Source: Thermoleophilia bacterium (GTDB taxonomy: Bacteria > Actinomycetota > Thermoleophilia > Miltoncostaeales > Miltoncostaeaceae). Taken from it: a stretch of DNA of 64,000 nt. Location: assembly GCA_020848615.1 (NCBI GenBank), contig JADLHW010000097.1, positions 13,447-77,446 on the forward strand. The letters are read 5' to 3'. This document shows positions 37,666-46,810 of this stretch, piece by piece. The notes under the pieces are model-generated. The model was not told the origin of the DNA. It ran no database searches and saw nothing but the letters and a program-made list of their open reading frames with translations. The stretch's first letter is position 1. The number at the start of each line of letters is the position of its first letter. The position numbers and the translations under genes were made by a program.

Positions 37666-38433
37666 TCAGGCCCCGGGGACGGCGGCCGCCTCGGCCGCGC
37701 CGTACTGCGTGTAGCCCCGGTCCTCGAGCTCGTCCGCCAGCTCCGGCCCGCCGGTGCGCACCACGCGCCCGTCGAACATCACGTGCACGACGTCCGGGGT
37801 GATGTACCGCAGGATCCGCGTGTAGTGGGTGATGAGCAGCGCGCCCAGCTCCGGGCCGCGCAGGGAGTTCACGCCGGCGCTCACGACCTTCAGGGCGTCC
37901 ACGTCCAGGCCCGAGTCGGTCTCGTCCAGCACCGCGAACTTCGGCTCCAGCATGGCCATCTGCAGGATCTCGTGACGCTTCTTCTCGCCGCCGGAGAAGC
38001 CCTCGTTGAGGTACCGGTCGGCGAAGGAGGCGTCGAACTCCAGCAGCTTGCTCTTGGCCTGGAAGAGCTTCATGAACTCCCGGGGGCTGATCTCCTCGCC
38101 GCGGATGGCGGTGAGGGAGGTGCGCAGGAAGTTCAGCACCGACACCCCGGGCACCTCCACCGGGTACTGCATGGCGAGGAAGAAGCCCGCCTTGGCGCGC
38201 TCGTCGGCCTCCATCTCCAGGAGGTCCTCGCCGTCGAAGGTCACCGAGCCGCCGGTGACCTCGTACCTCGGGTGGCCGGCGAGGGCGTAGGCCATGGTGC
38301 TCTTGCCGGAGCCGTTCGGGCCCATGAGCGCGTGCACCTCGCCCTTCGGGATCGCCAGGTCGACGCCCTTGAGGATCTGCTTGCCGTCGACGGCGACCTC
38401 GAGGCCCTCGATCTTCAGGATGGGTTCCGCCAC
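37666..38433 (-). CDS. sufC: Fe-S cluster assembly ATPase SufC
   Basis: GTG 38433 sits 9 nt after GAGGAG. Walker A is GPNGSGKST, followed by ...LNEGFSGGEKKR...LDETDSGLD. Confidence 0.95.
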   Translation of the reverse strand: MAEPILKIEGLEVAVDGKQILKGVDLAIPKGEVHALMGPNGSGKSTMAYALAGHPRYEVTGGSVTFDGEDLLEMEADERAKAGFFLAMQYPVEVPGVSVLNFLRTSLTAIRGEEISPREFMKLFQAKSKLLEFDASFADRYLNEGFSGGEKKRHEILQMAMLEPKFAVLDETDSGLDVDALKVVSAGVNSLRGPELGALLITHYTRILRYITPDVVHVMFDGRVVRTGGPELADELEDRGYTQYGAAEAAAVPGA

Positions 38434-38450
38434 TTTGTTGCCGCTCCTCG

Positions 38451-38789
38451 TCAGATGTCGAACGGGTGCCGGTGACTGGGGGACGGATCCACGAGGACCC
38501 GGCCGCCGTCGACCGCCACGCCGAAGATGGGAAGGGGGGTGGTCGCCGGCGGGGTGAGGGCCTCGCCGGTGAGCACCGAGAAGTTCGCGCCGTGCCGCGG
38601 GCACTCGATGCGGTCGCCGTCGACGAATCCGCCGCTCATGGACTCCCGCGCGTGGGTGCACGTGTCGTGCAGCGCGTGGATCGTGCCGCCCAGGTTGACC
38701 AGGCACACGGGGATGCCGGCCACCTCGACCCGCAGGGTGCCGCCGTCCGGCACGTCGGTGACGGCCGCCACGTCCACCGCTGCGCTCAC
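38451..38789 (-). CDS. Rieske [2Fe-2S] ferredoxin-like protein embedded in the suf operon
   Basis: GTG 38789 overlaps the sufD stop (GTGA). The Rieske boxes are CTHARES... (C-x-H) and CPRHGANF (C-x2-H). Confidence 0.85.
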   Translation of the reverse strand: MSAAVDVAAVTDVPDGGTLRVEVAGIPVCLVNLGGTIHALHDTCTHARESMSGGFVDGDRIECPRHGANFSVLTGEALTPPATTPLPIFGVAVDGGRVLVDPSPSHRHPFDI

Positions 38790-40006
38790 GCGAGCTTCTC
38801 CGCCACGGCGGCCTCGAGCTCGTGGCGCAGCTCCTCGAGCCGCACCTGCTCCAGGACCTCCTGCAGGAACCCGATCACGATGAGCCGCTTGGCGACGTCC
38901 TCCGGGACGCCGCGGCTGCGCAGGTAGAACAGGTGCTCGTCGTCGACGCGTCCCACCGCGCCGGCGTGGGAGCACTTCACCTCGGCCGTGGCGATCTCCA
39001 GGAACGGGATCGTGTCGGCGCGGGCGCCCTCGTTGAGCACCAGGTTCCGGTTGGTCTGGTACGCGTCGGTGCCGGGGGCGCCGGGCGGCACCACCAGGTT
39101 CCCGAAGAACACGGTGCGCGCGGTGTCCTTCAGCGCGCCCTTGTACAGCAGGTTCGAGTAGGCCTGCGGTGCCTCATGACGGGACACGACCCGGTGCTCG
39201 AAGTGCTGGTCGCCGTCCGCGAAGTACAGGCCCAGGGCGCGGGAGTCCGAACCGGGGCCGGACGCGACCATGGTGGCCTCCAGGCGCACGACGTCGCCGC
39301 CCAGGGTGACGGCCACGGACCGCACCCTCGCGTCCTTGTGGGCGGACGCGGTGATCACCGCGTGGTGGCGTACGCCGGCCCCCCACTGGATGAGGGACAG
39401 GTGCTCCAGCTCGCCGCCCGGCATGACGATGAGCTCCGCGGCGGTGGACACCGCGACCCGGCCGTCGAGGTCGGGGGAGGTGAACCGGTCGATGACCGTC
39501 GCCTTCGCGCCCTCGTCGACGATCACGAGGGTGCGGCCGTACACGCGGCCCCGCGCGCCGGTGGCGGTGAGCAGGGTCTCGGAGGGGATCGCCAGCTCCG
39601 CGCCCGGGGGGACGTAGACGAACGTGCCGGCCTCCCACCGCGCCGCGTTCAGCGCGCCGGGCCGGTCGCCGAACCCGACCAGGGAGTACAGCCGGGACCG
39701 CACCAGCTCCTCGTGCTCCACGAGGGCCTGGCCCAGCTCGGCCACGATCACGCCGTCGGGCAGGCCGGACGCCTCCACCGCCGCGGGGGCCCCGTCCACG
39801 AGCGCCAGGCGCGCGGACCGCTCGCCGGTGGACGCCGCGGGGACCGAGCCGGCACCCGCGCCACCCGCCGGGTCGGCGCCCCCGATGCCGACGGACTCCG
39901 GCGGGGTGAACCGCCACTCCTCCTCCTCGCCCGTGAGGACGGGGAGGATGCCGAGGTTCGACGTGGCCGTCGCGCGGGCCTCCTCGGCCCAGGCGGGGTT
40001 ACCCAA
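38786..40006 (-). CDS. sufD: Fe-S cluster assembly protein SufD
   Basis: 406-aa ORF. TTG 40006 overlaps the sufB stop. The C-terminal part has a SufBD beta-helix pattern. Confidence 0.9.
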   Translation of the reverse strand: MGNPAWAEEARATATSNLGILPVLTGEEEEWRFTPPESVGIGGADPAGGAGAGSVPAASTGERSARLALVDGAPAAVEASGLPDGVIVAELGQALVEHEELVRSRLYSLVGFGDRPGALNAARWEAGTFVYVPPGAELAIPSETLLTATGARGRVYGRTLVIVDEGAKATVIDRFTSPDLDGRVAVSTAAELIVMPGGELEHLSLIQWGAGVRHHAVITASAHKDARVRSVAVTLGGDVVRLEATMVASGPGSDSRALGLYFADGDQHFEHRVVSRHEAPQAYSNLLYKGALKDTARTVFFGNLVVPPGAPGTDAYQTNRNLVLNEGARADTIPFLEIATAEVKCSHAGAVGRVDDEHLFYLRSRGVPEDVAKRLIVIGFLQEVLEQVRLEELRHELEAAVAEKLA

Positions 40007-41408
40007 TGGAGCCCTCCATCTGCAGCTCGATCAACCGGTTGAGCTCCACCGCGTACTCCATGGGGAGCTCCTTCGCGATGGGCTCGATGAAGCCGCGCAC
40101 CACCATCGCCATGGCCTCCTCCTCGGAGAGCCCGCGGCTCATGAGGTAGAACAGCTGGTCGTCGGCGACCTTGGACACCGTGGCCTCGTGGCCGATGGAG
40201 GTGTCCTCCTCCTGGATGTCCATGTACGGGTAGGTGTCGGAGCGGCTGTCCTCGTCCAGCAGGAGGGCGTCGCACACCACCGATGCCTTGGCCCGCCGGG
40301 CCCCCGGCTCCACCTTCACCAGGCCGCGGTACGAGGTGCGCCCGCCGCCCCGGCTGATCGACTTGCTCACGATCGTGGAGCTGGTGTCGGGGGCGACGTG
40401 CACCATCTTGGCGCCGGCGTCCTGGTGCATCCCCTCGCTGGCGAACGCCACCGACAGCACCTCGCCGCGGGCGCCGCGGCCGGTGAGCCACACGGCCGGG
40501 TACTTCATGGTGACCTTGGAGCCCAGGTTGCCGTCCACCCACTCCATCGTGGCGTTCTCGCGGCACACCGCGCGCTTGGTGACCAGGTTGTAGACGTTGG
40601 TGGACCAGTTCTGGATCGTCGTGTACCGGCAGCGGGCGCCGTCCTTCACGATGATCTCGACCACCGCCGAGTGCAGGGAGTCGCTGCTGTACACCGGGGC
40701 GGTGCAGCCCTCCACGTAGTGCACGAACGACCCGGGCTCGCAGATGATGAGGGTCCGCTCGAACTGGCCCATGTTCTCCTGGTTGATCCGGAAGTAGGCC
40801 TGCAGCGGGATCTCCACCTGCACGCCCGGCGGAACCCAGATGAACGAGCCGCCGGACCACACCGCGCTGTTGAGGGCGGCGAGCTTGTTGTCACCGGGCG
40901 GGATGACCGTGGCCCAGTGCTCCTTGAAGAGCTCCTCGTGCTCGCGCAGCGCCGTGTCGGTGTCGCAGAAGATCACGCCCTTCTGCTCCAGGTCCTCGCG
41001 GATCGAGTGGTACACGACCTCGCTCTCGTACTGCGCGGAGACGCCGGACAGGTACTTCTGCTCGGCCTCCGGGATGCCCAGGCGGTCGAAGGTGTTCTTG
41101 ATGTCGGCGGGGACCTCGTCCCAGTCGCGGCCCTGCTTCTCCGCGGCCCGGATGAAGTAGTAGATGTCCTGGAAGTCGATCTCGGAGAGGTCGGCGCCCC
41201 AGGCGGGCATGGGCTTGCGCTCGAAGATCTCCAGCGACCGCAGCCGGAACTTGGTCATCCACTCCGGTTCGTTCTTCAGGGCGGAGATCTCGCGCACCAC
41301 GTCGGTGGAGAGGCCCTTCTTCGGCGTGAACACCGAGTGGTTGGGGTCGTGCCATCCGAACTGGTACGGACCGATCCCCTCGAGCTCTGGCGGTGTCTGC
41401 GTCGACAC
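39999..41408 (-). CDS. sufB: Fe-S cluster assembly protein SufB (no intein)
   Basis: GTG 41408 sits 5 nt after GGGAGGA, giving 469 aa. The sequence ...YQFGWHDPN...[23 protein letters not shown]... is typical SufB. Confidence 0.95.
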   Translation of the reverse strand: MSTQTPPELEGIGPYQFGWHDPNHSVFTPKKGLSTDVVREISALKNEPEWMTKFRLRSLEIFERKPMPAWGADLSEIDFQDIYYFIRAAEKQGRDWDEVPADIKNTFDRLGIPEAEQKYLSGVSAQYESEVVYHSIREDLEQKGVIFCDTDTALREHEELFKEHWATVIPPGDNKLAALNSAVWSGGSFIWVPPGVQVEIPLQAYFRINQENMGQFERTLIICEPGSFVHYVEGCTAPVYSSDSLHSAVVEIIVKDGARCRYTTIQNWSTNVYNLVTKRAVCRENATMEWVDGNLGSKVTMKYPAVWLTGRGARGEVLSVAFASEGMHQDAGAKMVHVAPDTSSTIVSKSISRGGGRTSYRGLVKVEPGARRAKASVVCDALLLDEDSRSDTYPYMDIQEEDTSIGHEATVSKVADDQLFYLMSRGLSEEEAMAMVVRGFIEPIAKELPMEYAVELNRLIELQMEGSIG

Positions 41409-41582
41409 GTCGTTCCTCCCTGTGGACGTGGAACGGGCCGGACCCCGGCCGTAACGTCTAAAGGATACGCACGTGACCGAAAAGAGGAAGGGGGAATCCG
41501 GCATCCGGGTGCACCGGAACCGGCCGGCCGGGCGGCGGTGGTACCCTCACCGGACGGATCCGCCCCTTCCAGGGAACCTGCG

Positions 41583-42323
41583 ATGAACGCCGACCCACAG
41601 CACACCCCGGGGCTCACCGGCGACGAGGCCCGCATCGAGCGGCTCGCCACGGCCCTCGGCGACCCCACGCGCCGCCGCGTGTTCTTCGCGGTGCGCGAGT
41701 CCGGGGAGGCCCTCAGCAAGGACGACGTCGCGAAGGCCGTCGGGATCGAGCGCCGGCTCGCCGGCTTCCATCTGGACAAGCTCGTGGACCACGGCTTCCT
41801 CACGGCCGAGTTCCACCGCCGCTCGGGCCGCACCGGTCCCGGCGCGGGCCGCCCCGCCAAGCACTACCGGCTGGCGGAGGAGGAGCAGGAGGTCGCCCTC
41901 CCGGAGCGCCACTACGACGTGCTGGCCTCCCTGCTGCTGAAGGCCGCGTCCGACGACTCGGGCCGCTCCGGTGACGAGGCGCTGGAGCAGGTGGGCTACG
42001 ACTTCGGCTACCAGCTGGGCCTGGCCGAGGCGGCGGAGGGCCGCAGCCGCCCGGGCAAGGAGGGCGTGGACGCGGTCGCCGAGGTCGTGCGCCTCCTGTC
42101 CCGCTACGGCTTCGCGGCGCAGGCCGAGGGCGAGGGGACCATCCGGGCGTGCGCCTGCCCGTTCGAGGAGCTGGCGCTGGCGGATCCCGACCGCGTGTGC
42201 GGCCTGGACCGCGCCATCTGGAAGGGCATCCTCGCGGCGTTCGACGGTCATGCCACCCTCAGCGTGGGCGCCACCCGGGCGCGCGGCGACGACGCCTGCG
42301 TCGCCGAGATCGTCGGCTCCTAA
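41583..42323 (+). CDS. sufR: SufR-like ArsR-type transcriptional regulator (Cys-containing C-terminal domain)
   Basis: ATG 41583, divergent from sufB. The wHTH is LGDPTRRRVFFAVRES...LSKDDVAKAVGIERRLAGFHLDKLV. The C-terminal cysteines (CACPFEE...CGLD) suit Fe-S cluster sensing (inference). Confidence 0.75.
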   Translation: MNADPQHTPGLTGDEARIERLATALGDPTRRRVFFAVRESGEALSKDDVAKAVGIERRLAGFHLDKLVDHGFLTAEFHRRSGRTGPGAGRPAKHYRLAEEEQEVALPERHYDVLASLLLKAASDDSGRSGDEALEQVGYDFGYQLGLAEAAEGRSRPGKEGVDAVAEVVRLLSRYGFAAQAEGEGTIRACACPFEELALADPDRVCGLDRAIWKGILAAFDGHATLSVGATRARGDDACVAEIVGS

Positions 42324-42940
42324 CCCGCCTCCGGGAAGACCCGGCGCACCAGCACCACGGGCCGGCCGCCGGCGTCGAGCCGCGCGACCCACCGCCCCGC
42401 GGGCGGCCGCGCGAGGGGCAGCCGCGCGACCAGCAGGCGCCCGCGCAGCGACGGTCCCCGCACGGTGCGCACCGCGCCGTCGGGGTGCCGCACCCGCACC
42501 GTCAGCGGCAGGCCCGCCCGCGGGACGACGGCGAACCGCACGGTGAGGACCAGCGCCGACCGGCGCGCGGTGAGCGCGGCACGGCCGGCGACGCCCTCGG
42601 GCGGCGCGGCGACGCGCAGCCGCAGCTCCCGCGCCGGCAGGGGCGCCTCCCCGGCCGGCGGTGCCGGTTCCCGCAGGGTGAGGACCACCTCGCCGGGCGC
42701 CATGCGCCGCGGCAGGGGCACGCGGCCGCGCAGCCGCCCGGTGGGCCCCACCGTGAGCCGGGCGGTGCCGAGCACCCGGCCGCGGGCGTCGGCGAGACGG
42801 CCCCGCAACACGCCGCCGCGGCTCGCGGTGCCGGTGACCTCCAGGCCGCCGGTGAGCCGGCTCATGCGCCAGCGCTGCACGACGACGGCGCTCACGGTGA
42901 GCGCGGGGACGGGCGGTTGCTGGGCGATCACGGTGGCCAC
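42320..42940 (-). CDS. Hypothetical Arg-rich, beta-strand-rich protein
   Basis: 206 aa from GTG 42940. Third codon positions are almost all G/C in this frame, and hydrophobic residues alternate. No family was recognised. Confidence 0.5.
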   Translation of the reverse strand: MATVIAQQPPVPALTVSAVVVQRWRMSRLTGGLEVTGTASRGGVLRGRLADARGRVLGTARLTVGPTGRLRGRVPLPRRMAPGEVVLTLREPAPPAGEAPLPARELRLRVAAPPEGVAGRAALTARRSALVLTVRFAVVPRAGLPLTVRVRHPDGAVRTVRGPSLRGRLLVARLPLARPPAGRWVARLDAGGRPVVLVRRVFPEAG

Positions 42941-42998
42941 GCTACCGCGGTGGCGGGCACGTCGCGCCCGGCGGGGGCACCGGGATACACTCGCCGCC

Positions 42999-44036
42999 AT
43001 GACCGGACTGGACGTGCTCGAGGTGCTGGCCGGGCGGGACGCCGGCGCCCGGTTCGCGCTGGTGGAGGGCGCCGCCCGCATCGGGCGCGACCCCGCCGAG
43101 TCGGACGCCGTGCTCACCGATCCCCGCGTGTCCCGCCGCCATTGCAGGGTGTGGGTGGAGGGCGGCCTGCTGCTGCTCGAGGACTCCGGCTCCACCGCCG
43201 GCACGCTGGTGAACGGCACGGCCATCGGCCGCCCGACGGCCCTGCGCCGCGGCGACCGCCTCACGCTGGGCGCCACCGAGCTGCAGGTGCTGTGGGTGCC
43301 CGAGGCCGCGGCGACGATGATCGGCGAGATCCCCCGGGACCTCCTGGACCCCCTGCCCCGCGCCGCCACCGCGGTTGGTGCCGTCCCGGACGCGGTTCCG
43401 CCGCCTCCGCCACCGGTCCCCGAGCCCGTCGCCGCCGTCCAGGAGCCGCCGCCGGCCCCGCCACCCATTGCCGAGCAGCCGCCTCCGCCGCCGGTCCCCG
43501 AGCCCATGCCGGCGGCACCGGACCCGCTGCCGGAACCGGCCGCCGCGCCGGCACCCTGGCCCGGTCCGGCCGATCCCCCGCGCCCGGAGCCCGGGGCCGT
43601 GCCGGCGGACCCCTTCGCGGGCCGGTTCGCCGTGCCGGAACCCGACCCGCCGCCGGCCCCGCCCGGCGCCGGCGCGCCGGAGCCGGCGGCCGCGACGCCG
43701 TCGGACCCGCCGTCGGTGGACTCCTTCGGCTGGCCCGTCCCGGTTCCCGACGGCCATGACGTGCCGGCCGCCGCGTGGTCGGAGCCGGAGATCCCCGCGT
43801 CGGACCCCGCCGGGCGTCCCTCGGACATCGCGGCCGCCCCGCCGCCGCCCGCTCCGCCGCCCCCGCCGCCCGCCGGCGCGGCCGCATGGGATGCGCCGCC
43901 GCCTCCGCCGCCCGCCGGGGGACCGCCGCCACCGCCCCCGCCTCCGCCGCCGCCCGGCGCCGGGGTGTCACCGCAATGGCAGCCGCCCCGGCCGCCGGAG
44001 AAGCGCGGCCTGTTCCGCCGTCGTCGCGGGGGCTGA
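42999..44036 (+). CDS. FHA-domain protein with a long Pro-rich C-terminal tail
   Basis: ATG 42999. The FHA pattern is ARIGRDPAESDAVLTDPRVSRRHCRVWVEGGLLLLEDSGSTAGTLVNG. About 230 aa of Pro/Ala-rich low complexity follow, ending [15 protein letters not shown]...KRGLFRRRRGG. Confidence 0.8.
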   Translation: MTGLDVLEVLAGRDAGARFALVEGAARIGRDPAESDAVLTDPRVSRRHCRVWVEGGLLLLEDSGSTAGTLVNGTAIGRPTALRRGDRLTLGATELQVLWVPEAAATMIGEIPRDLLDPLPRAATAVGAVPDAVPPPPPPVPEPVAAVQEPPPAPPPIAEQPPPPPVPEPMPAAPDPLPEPAAAPAPWPGPADPPRPEPGAVPADPFAGRFAVPEPDPPPAPPGAGAPEPAAATPSDPPSVDSFGWPVPVPDGHDVPAAAWSEPEIPASDPAGRPSDIAAAPPPPAPPPPPPAGAAAWDAPPPPPPAGGPPPPPPPPPPPGAGVSPQWQPPRPPEKRGLFRRRRGG

Positions 44037-44044
44037 TCGTCCGG

Positions 44045-44971
44045 TCAGCGGGACCCGAGGGCGCCGGTGAGCAGGTCGCCCTCGACCCGGCGGGCGTCGA
44101 TGGACGCCCAGCCCTCGCGCGAGGCCCGCGCGGTGGCCTCGCGGATCGTGCCGAGCGCCTCGCCGCGCATCCCCGCCGCCGCGTACCCCAGGGCGCGCGA
44201 GATCCGGCCGGTGGCGACGGCCTCCCCGTCGTCGGGGTCGGCGAGGTGGGACGCCTGCAGGCCCCGTTGCAGGGCGGCCTCGTGGTCCCCCGCCCAGGCC
44301 AGGGCCTCGGTCTCCCAGCGCAGCGCCTCCACCATGAGCCGCCCGGGCCCGGCGCGCTCCACGCCCAGGGCGCCGTGGTGCAGCGCCTCCTCCACCAGCC
44401 GGGTCCGGCCGGCTCGCCACGGCTCCTGCGAGAGCTTCAGCATCCGTATCTCGGCGAGCTGGAAGTGGCTGGTCTCCTCGTGTGCGCCCAGCTCGCCCGT
44501 CACCTCGAGGCCCGCCCGGGCCTCGGGCTCGGCGCGGACCAGGTCGCGGGCGATGATGCTCACGATCGCCCGGTTCTGCAGCAGGTGCGCCTGGCAGGCC
44601 CGGTCCCGGCCCCGCTGCGCCGCGGCGAGGCCCTCGGCGATCGCGGCGGCCGCCGCATGCAGGTTCCCGGTGACCATGAGCAGTGCGCTGAGGTCGGTGA
44701 GCACGTATGCGGTGCCGGCGGGCTCACCCAGGGTCCGGAAACGGCGGGGCAGCGGCAGCGCGGTCCGCAGCGCCTCGTGGGTGCGCCCCGTGTAGTGCAG
44801 CCCGCGCACCGTCACGGCCGTCGCCCACTCCATGGTGCGGGCCGACCCGGAGAACGACATGGCATGCGCGGCGCGGTGGATCGCGGCGAGCGGGTCCCGC
44901 TCGACCAGGTCGCGTGCGGAGGCGACGAGGTCGTCGGGGGAGGGGCTGTCGGGGTGGCGCGGGGGGCTCAC
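44045..44971 (-). CDS. Hypothetical all-alpha (TPR-like) protein
   Basis: 308-aa ORF with GTG 44971. It has repeated helical hairpin-like segments rich in A/L/E/R and GC3-rich codons. No family was recognised. Confidence 0.55.
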   Translation of the reverse strand: MSPPRHPDSPSPDDLVASARDLVERDPLAAIHRAAHAMSFSGSARTMEWATAVTVRGLHYTGRTHEALRTALPLPRRFRTLGEPAGTAYVLTDLSALLMVTGNLHAAAAAIAEGLAAAQRGRDRACQAHLLQNRAIVSIIARDLVRAEPEARAGLEVTGELGAHEETSHFQLAEIRMLKLSQEPWRAGRTRLVEEALHHGALGVERAGPGRLMVEALRWETEALAWAGDHEAALQRGLQASHLADPDDGEAVATGRISRALGYAAAGMRGEALGTIREATARASREGWASIDARRVEGDLLTGALGSR

Positions 44972-44990
44972 CGCCGTGTGGTCTCCAGGG

Positions 44991-45263
44991 TCAGTCGCGG
45001 AGGCGTGTCGTCCCGAACAGGTAGACCATGTACATCATCGCGGCGCCCATGAGCACGGCGGCGATCGCGTCCGCCCACATGGCGTCGGCGATGTAGGTGA
45101 CCGAGGCCACCAGGATGGCGCCGCCGACGAACAGGAACAGGGCGAAGCCCAGCCAGTTCGCCCATCCCGCGGGCAGGAACTTGCGGTACCCCACCTGGTC
45201 GACCGTGGGCGCGTAGTTCGCCCGCCGGCCCCCCGTGCGCTTCTTGCCGCCGCGTGCCGTCAT
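44991..45263 (-). CDS. Small membrane protein (2 TM helices)
   Basis: 90 aa from ATG 45263. A basic N-terminus (MTARGGKKRTGGRR) is followed by two hydrophobic helices. It lies immediately upstream of, and co-oriented with, 44045-44971. Confidence 0.55.
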   Translation of the reverse strand: MTARGGKKRTGGRRANYAPTVDQVGYRKFLPAGWANWLGFALFLFVGGAILVASVTYIADAMWADAIAAVLMGAAMMYMVYLFGTTRLRD

Positions 45264-45318
45264 CGCGGCGAGGGTATCAGAGGGGCCCGGCGCCCCCCGG
45301 TGGGGTAGCCTCACGGCC

Positions 45319-45675
45319 GTGGACGGCGAGGTCGTGACCGCCGGCGCGCCGGACGCCAACCGGCCGCCATTCAGCTCCCGGCTGCGCACCCGGGTGGAGA
45401 TCTCCGACACCGACCAGGGCGCCGTCGTCCACCACGCCCGGTACCCGCACCACCTGGACCGGGGCGTCGTGGCGTACCGCCGCCACCTGGGGATCCCGCC
45501 GCTGGGGCCGGAGGGCCACCTGTTCGTGGCCCGGTTCGACGAGGGACCGTGCGCTGCGAGGCGTCGATCGTGGGTGGCCGGCATCTCCGGCGACCGGGAC
45601 CGGCGGCCCACCCGCGTACCGGACGCCCTGGCCCGCGCGATCACGGCGTTCGAGGCCGACGCGCTGCCGGTATGA
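45319..45675 (+). pseudogene. Remnant of a 4HBT/YbgC-type acyl-CoA thioesterase (internal deletion / local frame disturbance suspected)
   Basis: The N-terminal RTRVEISDTDQGAVVHHARY matches the hot-dog thioesterase signature, and the C-terminal RPTRVPDALARAI resembles the family tail. The central roughly 45 aa of the fold appear to be missing. GC3 drops in frame at about 45541-45572, while the adjacent frame reads GTVRCEASIV there. Confidence 0.35.
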
Positions 45676-46514
45676 CCCGCGTGTGGGGCGAGGACGCCGC
45701 GGCCCTGGTGGCGGCCGGTGCCGACGCGGCGGCCCTCGCCGCGCTGGAGGACGGCCTGCTGGACGGGTTCGCGCTCCCCGCCGGGCCACGGTGGGACGCC
45801 CACACGCACCTGGGCCGCGACGCGGACGGTCACGCGCTGGACACCGCGGGACTGGTCGCCGACATGGACCGCTGGGGGGTGGCCGGGGCCGTGGCGTTCC
45901 CCGCGAACGAACCGGGGGACGACGGGTCGTTCACGGTCGCCAACGACGCGGTGCTGGCGGCCGCCGCGGCGCACCCCGGCCGCATCGTGCCGGTCTGCCG
46001 CGCCGATCCCCGGGCCGGCTGGGCGGCGGCCGTCGACCGGGCGGCGGCCGGGGGCGCCCGGGGGCTGAAGCTGCACCCGGTGGCCCAGGGGTTCGCGCCG
46101 GAATCGCCGGAATGCGTCGCGTGCGTCGCCGCCGCCACCGCGCTGGGCTGGCCCGTGCTGTTCCACGCGGGCTTCGGGGCCCGCCGCCTGGCCGGCCCGT
46201 TTCGCGACCTCGCCGCCGCGGTGCCCGGGGCGCGGCTCATCCTCGCCCACGGGGCGCGGGGGGACGCCAGGGCGGTGCGCGAGGCGTTCGCCGGGCACCC
46301 CGGCGTGTGGTTCGACACGTCCCTGGCGGCACTGCCCGACCTGGTGGAGCTGCCCCCCGGCCGCCTGGTGTGGGGCAGCGACCGCCCCTACGGGGAGCAC
46401 GGCACGGCGCTGCAGCTGGTCGCGCTCGCCGCCCGGGTGGCGGGCTGGAGCCCGTCCGAGGTGGCGGGCGTGCTCGGCGGGAACCTGTTGGCCCTGCTGG
46501 GGGAGCCGGCGTGA
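45672..46514 (+). CDS. Amidohydrolase-2-family (TIM-barrel metal-dependent) hydrolase
   Basis: ATG 45672 overlaps the upstream stop. The sequence is ...WDAHTHLGRDADG...GLKLHP...VLFHAG...LILAHG...WFDTS...GSDRPY. Confidence 0.75.
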   Translation: MTRVWGEDAAALVAAGADAAALAALEDGLLDGFALPAGPRWDAHTHLGRDADGHALDTAGLVADMDRWGVAGAVAFPANEPGDDGSFTVANDAVLAAAAAHPGRIVPVCRADPRAGWAAAVDRAAAGGARGLKLHPVAQGFAPESPECVACVAAATALGWPVLFHAGFGARRLAGPFRDLAAAVPGARLILAHGARGDARAVREAFAGHPGVWFDTSLAALPDLVELPPGRLVWGSDRPYGEHGTALQLVALAARVAGWSPSEVAGVLGGNLLALLGEPA

Positions 46515-46783
46515 CCCGGTCCGAGGCCGTGCGCCTGGTGGCGGCGCTGGGGGCGGTCGAGATGGCCCTGGTGCGGCGCGACCCGGTCGCCGGGCCGCTG
46601 CTCGCGCAGGCGGCCCGCGCCGCGGCCGGGCTCCCGCCCGGGCCGTACGTGTCCGCCGCCGCGGCGCTGGCGCGCGCGGTGGAGCTCCACGGGCCCGGTC
46701 CCGGGGCGGCGGCCGCACGGAAGGCCGCCCAGGCCCTGTGCCGCGCGGCCGCACAGGCCGCGCAGGGCGCCGCCCTGGCCTGA
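46511..46783 (+). CDS. Small Ala-rich hypothetical protein
   Basis: 90 aa. GTG 46511 overlaps the amidohydrolase stop (GTGA). Codons are GC3-rich. No family was recognised. Confidence 0.45.
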   Translation: MTRSEAVRLVAALGAVEMALVRRDPVAGPLLAQAARAAAGLPPGPYVSAAAALARAVELHGPGPGAAAARKAAQALCRAAAQAAQGAALA

Positions 46784-46810
46784 GGGGCGGCACCGAACCC
46801 CGCCGAACGG

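Noticed and set aside
39999-41408. Possible intein in SufB, as in mycobacteria.
   Set aside because: The product is 469 aa and collinear with intein-free SufB. No Cys/Ser...HN splice-junction insert is visible.
43380-43990. Highly repetitive CCG/GCC-rich DNA that could be taken for a tandem-repeat or CRISPR-like array.
   Set aside because: It is the Pro/Ala-rich coding tail of the FHA protein. There is no fixed repeat unit or spacer structure.
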